64,000 nt of DNA from Podarcis melisellensis (lineage: Eukaryota). Shown in pieces: positions 51,340 through 59,624 of this stretch. Numbering within the stretch: position 1 is the first letter of the stretch; each line of letters begins with the position of its first letter. The DNA lies in the NCBI GenBank assembly GCA_964234715.1, contig OZ174280.1, one strand, 5' to 3'. The position numbers and the translations under genes were made by a program. Under the pieces are notes generated by a model, which saw only the letters and a program-made list of their open reading frames with translations, was not told the origin of the DNA and ran no database searches.

Positions 51340-51488
51340 ACAAGTGGCTCAGTTGGTGTACCAAGAGAATCTTAACCTCCGGGTCATGAATTTGAGCCCC
51401 ACATTGGGCAAAAGATTCCTGCATTGCCGGGGGTTAGACTAGATGACCCTCATGGTCCCTTCCAACTCTAAAATTCTATGACTATGAT
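51340..51488 (+). mobile_element. Short tRNA-head SINE with CR1-type tail (Squam3-like)
   Basis: GTGGCTCAGTTGG A-box, TTTGAGCCCC B-box relic, tail GACTAGATGACCCT...CCCTTCCAACTCT...ATTCTATGA. Confidence 0.7.
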
Positions 51489-52387
51489 CTTGACTAATGG
51501 AGAAAGGAGGGAGCCTTTGAGATGAGTAATCCCTATAAATCAGTATTTCTATTGTTTCTTCCCAAAGTTCCCTACCTATTTCCCGTTTTGTTTATTCTGC
51601 TTATTTAAAAGTTGAAAGACTATAATCCTAGTGAGGAAGGACTAAACTGGTTGTCCTCCTTTGCTTCCTGTCTTAAAGTTATTTTGTCTGTATATGCAAC
51701 CATTCTTTAACAGGAGGTGTTGATTAGATTTTACTGGTAACTAGATTACATGTGCTGATCTTTCTACAAGGTATTAGGAACTCAGGATATCTCCTCAGTA
51801 CCTTCCAGGATACGTTTGAGATAAGACTGGTAGCAGGATCAAGAAAGTTCATAATGGGGATCTCCTGTCATATTAAGTTATGCCAACCTTTTTACACATG
51901 CCATTATCTGCAGTGACACGCCCCTATTCACATGTGGTTGATGAAGGCTGGTTTGGAATACATGGGTTGAGTACAGGGATCAAGGGAGCTTTTACTGGAC
52001 ACATGTTAAAAGATAACAGCTGCCCAGACTGGGTCAAACTAATTCTGTGCTTCAGCCTGGAAGCTTTTCTATGGTGTTCCCACATATATTTATTTCTCTG
52101 CTGAACCTCACACTATGAGTGAGCTGACCTAGATTGCTTCTGGGTCAGCTAGAAGGCAATATGATGAATTTACTTTCAGTGCTCAGATATTCTGAAGAGC
52201 ACCAATGAGGGTCAATCTGACCCAAGGCAACGTATTTTTTAAATGAAAATTCACAAGATGCAGTCTGTTAAAACAAAACTAAGAGTCTTGTGACACCTTA
52301 AAGGCTAACAAATGCCATAATGCATAAGTTATTTTAAGATGCCATGAGATCTTTTTTTGGTATATGTGTAAAGGTACTTTTAATTAA

Positions 52388-52693
52388 GGGACGTGGGTGG
52401 CCGATCAGTTCGAATCCCCATAACAGGGTGAGCTCCCGGAGCTCAGTCCCTGCTCCTGCCAACCTAGCAGTTCGAAAGCACGTCAAAGTGCAAGTAGATA
52501 AATAGATATCGCTCCAGCGAGATGGTAAACGGCATTTCCATGCGCTGCTCTGGTTTACCAGAAGTGGCTTAGTCATGCTGGCCACATGACCTGGAAGCTG
52601 TACGCTGGCTCCCTTGGCCAGTAAAGCAAGATGAGCGCCGCAACCCCAGAGTCGTCCACAACTGGACCTAACGGTCAGGGGTCCCTTTACCTT
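52388..52693 (+). mobile_element. Sauria SINE with deletions in the tRNA-like head
   Basis: Body and tail match the other copies; 12-bp TSD TACTTTTAATTA at 52375-52386 and 52694-52705. Confidence 0.92.
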
Positions 52694-52987
52694 TACTTTT
52701 AATTAGGCCTGACACTGAGCACAGTCAGCCCATCCATTAGAAAAATGTGTGCCTCTCAGAATGATGCTCTGCAGCTGGCATCAGTCAAAGAGCTTCTCAA
52801 GTCTCTTAAGCTTTTACCTGTTTCACAATCTCAGCTCCAGCCTAGTTTGATTGGTGCTTTTGTTGAACTTAAGGTAGGAGGAATATTTCTTTTTTTGTAG
52901 GTGTCATCATCAATCTTCATTAAAACAACAGACTCCTGTGGCACTTGAAATTCTAATAATTTCCTCTTTATTTTCTGAACACCATAC

Positions 52988-53205
52988 TGTTGTTGTTGTT
53001 GTTTAATTGATTAGTCATGTCCAACTCTTTGTGACCCCATGGACCAGAGCACGCCAGGCACTCCTGTCTTCCGCCAGGGATCCCTGCCTCCTGCAGTTTG
53101 GTCAAACTCATGTTGGTAGCTTCAAGAACACTGTCCAACCATCTCATCCTCTATCGTCCCCTTCAGCCTAAGCTTCAGGATCTGTCCTTCCAGTGAGCAC
53201 TCAGA
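52988..53205 (-). mobile_element. BovB (RTE) LINE 3' end
   Basis: (TTG)n tail then TAGTCATGTCCAACTCTTTGTGACCCCATGGAC...CCAACCATCTCATCCTCT, the characteristic BovB 3' terminus. Confidence 0.88.
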
Positions 53206-53227
53206 GAGAGGCCTTAGACCTAAAAAC

Positions 53228-53445
53228 TAATGAGGAGGAATGACTGCTGGGAGGAGCACAGAGAGAAGATACGCCATGGAGCATCTGCAGCAGCACAACC
53301 AGATGCCTTTATCTGCCCTAGCTGCAAGAAAACATGTCTCTCCCATATTGGTCTCTACAGCCACAGCAGGCGCTGTAAGCTTCCCACAGTTTGACTTCAC
53401 CACCAAAGGCACACCCCTCCATTGTTTCCCAAGGCAGATGGATAA
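53228..53445 (+). mobile_element. RTE 3'-end fragment, same family as 36210-37045
   Basis: Shares AAAACATGTCTCTCCCATATTGGTCTCTACAGCCACAGCAGG with ~36922-36963. Confidence 0.85.
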
Positions 53446-54064
53446 TGGCAGGTGGATAATGGTCACTGGATGCATTACCTGGCTAGTCTGGACCATTCTT
53501 TTGAAAAGGGAAATACCTTAGTTCTTGAATCCAGGTCACAGGCCTACCCTGCTCATACACTAAATATGCTCATTTGGGGAGGTTTTTCCAAGATATTCCC
53601 TTCTGCAGAGGAATATTTGGGATCATTAAAAGTCAAAATGGTTTCAGGATTGCTCTCCTGTACTATTTCAGACATATACTTATATACTTATGTATGTGTT
53701 TTTACCTTATGGACTTACGAAAATTCATTTCATCACACCCTAGAATTCTTATAAAACACCTATTGCACACCATCAAATATTTATTTCATCCTATCTTGAA
53801 AGATGGCCCATTCCTTCCTTTGTATTGAGGATTTACTGTGATTTGTTTGCAGAGAGGTTATACATTGTTGCATGAAGCAATTGCTATCTAACACTTTCCA
53901 GTGCATTTCCATCCTTATTGCCTAAAGCCCAGTTTTCTGGGGAAGCAAGTTTGTCACACAAGAGGCCCAAATCAATGCTAATGGTACAATGTGAATTTGA
54001 TGTTTGTCCTTGCTAACAGACAAACACCCGCCTCGTCCCATCTGAAGCAACTCCACACCAAAAG

Positions 54065-54682
54065 TGTGGGATGTAAACACAGGAGCAGTCAATGACAACA
54101 TTCCTAGAGTGTACATGTTAGAACATGGGGAGGGATGTCTGTCCAGCAAGCAGGTAAACTTCCTGGGGACGGACTTCCTCCGCATGTGACCAGAGGTGGG
54201 TGTGGCCTCACCTGTGCAGGTAATGATAAAAGCACAGGGCAGGCAGCCATCTCTCTCTCTTGCCTCTTGCCTCTCTCTTGCCTCTCTCTGCCATCTTCCT
54301 TCCATGAGGAACATCTAAGGATGCTCTCTTGGCTCCCAGCCAAGAGAGGAGATAAGGACTATCTTGCTACAAGATAGATTCTAAATGTATTTTACCTTTT
54401 TAAGTCTGTGTGCCTTCTGGGATCATATTGTGAACAGAACGTGAGTAAACTCTTTTATACTTTTATAAAGACTGTGTAGTGTCTTGTATTTTAAGAGGGA
54501 TCAAAGGGGAAATTACCAGAGTAATTATAGAGGTTCTAGCGAACCTGTGCACACGTTACCGTTGCAAACTAAAAAGGGAATGTTTATAAACTCTGCTGAT
54601 ATTTTGGGAACTTGTTAGCACAAGTTGGATAAGGATATAATTAGTCAATATATCCTCTCCTGCACCCCAGAACATTCCCACA
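54065..54682 (+). repeat. 5' LTR of the Copia element (618 bp)
   Basis: Starts TGTGGGA and ends TCCCACA (7-bp terminal inverted repeat). Matches 59007-59624 at a constant 4942-bp offset; the small ORFs in both copies translate identically. Confidence 0.97.
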
Positions 54683-54684
54683 AA

Positions 54685-54699
54685 GGGTTATGGGCCCAG
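54685..54699 (+). promoter_or_regulatory. Primer-binding site complementary to the anticodon arm of initiator tRNA-Met (half-tRNA primer)
   Basis: GGGTTATGGGCCCAG, 2 nt after the 5' LTR, is the reverse complement of CTGGGCCCATAACCC in metazoan tRNAiMet; same PBS type as Drosophila copia. Confidence 0.92.
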
Positions 54700-54959
54700 T
54701 ATTGCATATTTCTGCGTATTTTTGAAGGATTGCTTTGGATTGTGATTTTGAGTTGAGTAGTATTTTTCTGAGTTAACTTCCTGGTAAGCACATGGTCCTT
54801 TGTTCCATTGTGCAGTGGGGATTAAGCACCCCCCCCTTCCCTCAGAGTTCACAGTGACCCAAGGCAGTGAAGAATTATTTTGAGATTTTTGAGATTTTGA
54901 TTTTAAAATTTTGAGAAATTTTGAAATTTTGAAGAATTTTCAAATTTTTGGATTTTAAG

Positions 54960-57900
54960 ATGGCTAGAGCAGCTTTTGATAGTGATGCAAAGCTAGGAAT
55001 GCCTGTGCTGAATGAACACAATTTCATACACTGGAAGCAGCGCTTGATAGCATGTTTAGATTATAAGCACATTTTGGAAGCTTTAAAGCCTCAGCCTACA
55101 GGATCGTCTGAGGAGGATTTAGCCAAGATAAGTGCTTGGAAACGCATGAACAGCGAAGCTAGACACATAATTTTGAGTGGACTTCGTGATGAGCAGCTAT
55201 CATTAATAAATAGTACAGACGATGCATCTCAAATCTTAAGAGATATTGAGCGCGTGTATGGAGAATCTAGCATAAACTGCTTCAGAAACTTGGTGTGTAA
55301 ATTAACCAGATTGAGGATGAATTCAAAAGAGGAATTCACAGAGCACATCAACAAGTTTACTGAGATTATTCAAAGAATTGATTTGACTCCCAAAGCTTTT
55401 GATGAAGATACAAAGATAGCATTTTTGTTATCATCACTTGGACCACGCTTTAGCGCATTTGTAAGTTTGATGGATCATAGACAAGGTCTGACTTTTAAAG
55501 ACTTGATTGGTTATTTAAAAGAAGAATGCAGAGATAGAGCTGAATCTCCAGTGAGAAATGCTAGAAGCAAAGACAGTAGTTATGCATCTAGGCAATTTAC
55601 AAAGTCGAAAGAGATGCCTAAGAAAGTGATTTGTTTCAATTGTAACAAAGAAGGACACATTGCAAAGAATTGCAGGGCTCCTAAAGCAAAGAAACCCCAC
55701 CCCTTTCAGCCAAAAGGAGAAAAGAAGGGGAAATGTGAATGCACATGGCTACTGCAAGAAAGGAATTTAACAGTCCAGAATCGTGAGAATAGACGTAATA
55801 AATGGATTTTAGATTCAGGTGCCAGTTCACATTTTTCATATAAAAAGGACTATTTTAATGAGATAAATGATGAAGAAGGATCTGAAATTGAGATTGCAGA
55901 TGGCAACATTGTTAAAGCAAAAGGTGCAGGTTCCATGAGTCTGAAATGCAATATAAACAATGAATGCATTGAGAACACAATCTCTAGAGTTTTGTATGTT
56001 CCAGAGCTGAGCTGCAATTTAATTAGCGTGTCCACTTTGGACAAGAAAGGTTTCCAGATCACATTTGGAAATGGAGAATGTAAAGTGACTAGAAATGGCA
56101 AAGTGTTTGCTCAAGCAAAGCTAATCAATGGTGTATATGAGCTTGATCTTTCAGAGGATCAGTCTGCAAAAGTGGCACATTCCAGCCAGAAGGATGAAGC
56201 AGATCTGGACCTATGGCACAGAAGGCTTGGACATAGAGACACCAACGTCATTCTGGATCTACAGAAAAGAGATCTTGTAAGAGGTTTGCAGGTAAAGCAG
56301 AGGAACAAAGCTCCAGCAAAATGCATAAGCTGTATTACTGAGAAGGCTGTAAAACCTTCATTTCCACGTTGTGCAGAACAAAGAAGCAACAAAGTGCTTG
56401 ACATAGTGCACACTGACATATGTGGACCCATGAATGTTCCCTCACTGGGAAAGAATAGATATATTTTAATATTTCTGGATGACTTTTCAAGATTTTGTGT
56501 TGTATATTTCCTCAAAGAGAAGAGTGAGACAGTGGACAAGCTCCAGGAATACATTGCCATGGTCAAGAATAAATTCCAAAGAGCTCCAGCTGTGCTAATG
56601 AGTGACAATGGAGGTGAGTACTGCTCAAATGAAACGCAGGCTCTCCTGGCCAAGGAAGGAATTGCACACGTAACCACAATTCCTTACACACCACAGCAGA
56701 ATGCCATAGCTGAGAGAAAGTTTAGGTCCATTATGGACATGACAAGGTGCATGCTAAAGGATGCATGTTTGCCACAGAAGCTGTGGGCCGAAGGAGTGTA
56801 CACGTCGGTCTATTTGCAGAATAGACTGCCAACTAAAGGTGCAGAGCGCACACCATTTGAACTTTGGCATGGGAAAGCTCCCAATCTTTCGCACATACGT
56901 GTGTTTGGAAGTCCGTGTTACTTCCACGTGCCCAAAGAACACAGACACAAGCTTGACTCCAGGGCAAAAGCAGGTATCCTTGTGGGATATGCCTCTGGAG
57001 GCAAAGGATACAGAATTATGGACTTACAAACTGGTAAGACAAATGCATACCATGCGGTTTATTTTGATGAATATGGAAAAGTAGACACTAAGAACACTGT
57101 TGTGGATTCTTCAGATGAGTCAGAAAGGACTCAAGAGTTTGTATATTTCCCTTTTGAGACCCCACAAAGTAATAATCTGCCTTCGAGTGTTACAGCGCCC
57201 CCTACAGGCAACACACTAGAAGACGCAGAGGACCAGAACCCTGGCGGCACCAGAGACGAAGATGAGGACTCAGATGGGGACATGCCTGCGTTGGAGGAGG
57301 ATGAGGAAGCTGATGCGGTTGCAGAACCAGAGGTCAGACGCTCGTCCAGAACCAACAAAGGTGTCCCACCATTACGGTTGTCCTACTTTGCAGGGTCGGC
57401 GTTTCCACAGGAACCTTCCACTTGGGAAGAGATACAGGAGATGCCAGCTGCAGAAGCCAGTCTCTGGAGGAAGGCCGCGCAGGAGGAGATGGATGCACTG
57501 CATCAGAACAAGACCTGGACACTCACTGAGCTGCCTCCCGGTAAGAAGGCCATTGGCAGTAAATGGGTTTTCAAGGTTAAGAAGGGGTCAGAAGGAGAAG
57601 TGCAGCGCTACAAAGCTAGACTTGTAGCACAGGGATTTTCACAGCGTTTTGGTGAAGACTATGATGAAGTTTTTGCACCAACCGTGAGGTACAGCAGTGT
57701 AAGAATGCTTTTAAGCATTGCAGCCTCCAAGAAAATGAGGGTGAAACACATAGACATTGCTACCGCTTTTCTACATGGGCAGATTTCTGAAGAAATTTAT
57801 ATGAAACAGCCCAAAGGTTTTGTGAAACCACATGAGGCACATTTAGTGTACAAACTCCAGAAAGGACTTTATGGACTTAAACAGGCTGCCAGAGCCTGGA

Positions 57901-58961
57901 ATCAGAAGTTGCATAAAATGCTGACGCAACTTGGGTACAAGCAAGGCGACGCTGACAAGTGCTTGTACAGTAAATCAAATAATGGACAATTCTCATATAT
58001 CCTAGCATTTGTTGATGACCTGATTATTGCCACAGCAAGTGAGAAAGACTATATACAGATAGTAAAACACCTTAGCAAAGAGGTGGAGGTCAAGGAGCTA
58101 GGAGATGTCCAGTACTACCTTGGGATCCAGGTGGAAAGAGAAGAGGACGGCTCATTTCTTCTCAGCCAAAGACAGAAGATCCACGAGCTAATTGAGCACA
58201 TGCAGATGCAAGACGCACATCCAGTTGCTACACCGATGGCTACTGACTTCCTGAAGAATCAGCAGGATTCAAAGCAGTTACCAGACAACAATGACTACAG
58301 GTCGGCGATTGGTAAACTTTTGTATTTAGTTACCACATGTAGACCTGACTTAGCTAATGCTGTGGGGATTCTTAGCAGAAAAGTGAATTCTCCCACTGAG
58401 CATGATTGGGCAGGTGTAAAGAGGGTAGTGCGATATTTGAAGGGTACCATGAATTGTAAATTAAGGTTACCAGCCGTCAGAGACCCTAAGTTGGTTGGGT
58501 ATACTGATGCGGATTGGGCTGGGGATAATGCTGATTATAAATCAACAAGTGGTCATGTTTTCATGTTTGGTGATGGACCTGTTTCATGGGGCAGTTATAA
58601 ACAGAGCTGTGTAGCATTATCTTCCACAGAATCAGAATACGTTGCAGCAACAGAAGCCTGCAGAGAGATCGCCTGGCTTGATCAACTCATAAAGGACTTT
58701 GGGTTGGTGAGAAAAGGGCCTGTCAGCTTGCTGGAGGACAATCAAAGTTGCCTGAAGCTGACGCAGAGTGAGAAGTTCCTGGCCAGAACAAAACACATTG
58801 GGGTTAAATACCACTACATACGCCAGATGATCCAGGATGGACTTGTGGAACTATCCTACTGCAGCACCCAAGAGATGACTGCTGACATCCTGACGAAACC
58901 CCTACCAAGAGAGAGTTTCCAGAATCTACGTGTCAAGCTGGGACTCTGGGTGGTTGAATAA
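54960..58961 (+). CDS. gag-pol: Copia Gag-Pol polyprotein (1333 aa from ATG 54960; the ORF track starts at upstream TTG 54948)
   Basis: Zinc knuckle CFNCNKEGHIAKNC; protease WILDSGASSH; integrase HHCC (LWHRRLGH...CISC), catalytic core (VHTDICGP, SDNGGEY, PQQNAIAER) and GKGY; RT (YKARLVAQGFSQ, LYGLKQ, FVDD); RNase H (GYTDADWAG, SSTESEY, ADILTKPL). No stops or frameshifts. Strong Kozak context AAGATGG. Confidence 0.97.
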   Translation: MARAAFDSDAKLGMPVLNEHNFIHWKQRLIACLDYKHILEALKPQPTGSSEEDLAKISAWKRMNSEARHIILSGLRDEQLSLINSTDDASQILRDIERVYGESSINCFRNLVCKLTRLRMNSKEEFTEHINKFTEIIQRIDLTPKAFDEDTKIAFLLSSLGPRFSAFVSLMDHRQGLTFKDLIGYLKEECRDRAESPVRNARSKDSSYASRQFTKSKEMPKKVICFNCNKEGHIAKNCRAPKAKKPHPFQPKGEKKGKCECTWLLQERNLTVQNRENRRNKWILDSGASSHFSYKKDYFNEINDEEGSEIEIADGNIVKAKGAGSMSLKCNINNECIENTISRVLYVPELSCNLISVSTLDKKGFQITFGNGECKVTRNGKVFAQAKLINGVYELDLSEDQSAKVAHSSQKDEADLDLWHRRLGHRDTNVILDLQKRDLVRGLQVKQRNKAPAKCISCITEKAVKPSFPRCAEQRSNKVLDIVHTDICGPMNVPSLGKNRYILIFLDDFSRFCVVYFLKEKSETVDKLQEYIAMVKNKFQRAPAVLMSDNGGEYCSNETQALLAKEGIAHVTTIPYTPQQNAIAERKFRSIMDMTRCMLKDACLPQKLWAEGVYTSVYLQNRLPTKGAERTPFELWHGKAPNLSHIRVFGSPCYFHVPKEHRHKLDSRAKAGILVGYASGGKGYRIMDLQTGKTNAYHAVYFDEYGKVDTKNTVVDSSDESERTQEFVYFPFETPQSNNLPSSVTAPPTGNTLEDAEDQNPGGTRDEDEDSDGDMPALEEDEEADAVAEPEVRRSSRTNKGVPPLRLSYFAGSAFPQEPSTWEEIQEMPAAEASLWRKAAQEEMDALHQNKTWTLTELPPGKKAIGSKWVFKVKKGSEGEVQRYKARLVAQGFSQRFGEDYDEVFAPTVRYSSVRMLLSIAASKKMRVKHIDIATAFLHGQISEEIYMKQPKGFVKPHEAHLVYKLQKGLYGLKQAARAWNQKLHKMLTQLGYKQGDADKCLYSKSNNGQFSYILAFVDDLIIATASEKDYIQIVKHLSKEVEVKELGDVQYYLGIQVEREEDGSFLLSQRQKIHELIEHMQMQDAHPVATPMATDFLKNQQDSKQLPDNNDYRSAIGKLLYLVTTCRPDLANAVGILSRKVNSPTEHDWAGVKRVVRYLKGTMNCKLRLPAVRDPKLVGYTDADWAGDNADYKSTSGHVFMFGDGPVSWGSYKQSCVALSSTESEYVAATEACREIAWLDQLIKDFGLVRKGPVSLLEDNQSCLKLTQSEKFLARTKHIGVKYHYIRQMIQDGLVELSYCSTQEMTADILTKPLPRESFQNLRVKLGLWVVE

Positions 58962-58995
58962 AGTTGTTTATGTTTTGTATAATGTTGTATTGCCT

Positions 58996-59004
58996 GAGAA
59001 GGGG
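58996..59004 (+). promoter_or_regulatory. Polypurine tract of the Copia element
   Basis: GAGAAGGGG ending 2 nt before the TG start of the 3' LTR. Confidence 0.9.
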
Positions 59005-59006
59005 TA

Positions 59007-59624
59007 TGTGGGATGTAAACACAGGAGCAGTCAATGACAACATTCCTAGAGTGTACATGTTAGAACATGGGGAGGGATGTCTGTCCAGCAAGCAGGTAAA
59101 CTTCCTGGGGACGGACTTCCTCCGCATGTGACCAGAGGTGGGTGTGGCCTCACCTGTGCAGGTAATGATAAAAGCACAGGGCAGGCAGCCATCTCTCTCT
59201 CTTGCCTCTTGCCTCTCTCTTGCCTCTCTCTGCCATCTTCCTTCCATGAGGAACATCTAAGGATGCTCTCTTGGCTCCCAGCCAAGAGAGGAGATAAGGA
59301 CTATCTTGCTACAAGATAGATTCTAAATGTATTTTACCTTTTTAAGTCTGTGTGCCTTCTGGGATCATATTGTGAACAGAACGTGAGTAAACTCTTTTAT
59401 ACTTTTATAAAGACTGTGTAGTGTCTTGTATTTTAAGAGGGATCAAAGGGGAAATTACCAGAGTAATTATAGAGGTTCTAGCGAACCTGTGCACACGTTA
59501 CCGTTGCAAACTAAAAAGGGAATGTTTATAAACTCTGCTGATATTTTGGGAACTTGTTAGCACAAGTTGGATAAGGATATAATTAGTCAATATATCCTCT
59601 CCTGCACCCCAGAACATTCCCACA
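59007..59624 (+). repeat. 3' LTR of the Copia element (618 bp)
   Basis: Direct repeat of 54065-54682, followed by the TSD AAAAG. Confidence 0.97.

Larger units (their letters stand above)
54065..59624 (+). mobile_element. Full-length Ty1/Copia LTR retrotransposon, intact
   Basis: Two 618-bp direct repeats with TG...CA ends; 5-bp TSD AAAAG at 54060-54064 and 59625-59629; PBS after the 5' LTR; PPT before the 3' LTR; single ORF in Copia domain order (gag-PR-IN-RT-RH). Confidence 0.98.

Noticed and set aside
53922-54377. Small ORFs in the LTRs as accessory or env-like genes (repeated at 58933-59319)
   Set aside because: They run across low-complexity LTR sequence; only ~45 bp separates the pol stop from the 3' LTR, leaving no room for env.
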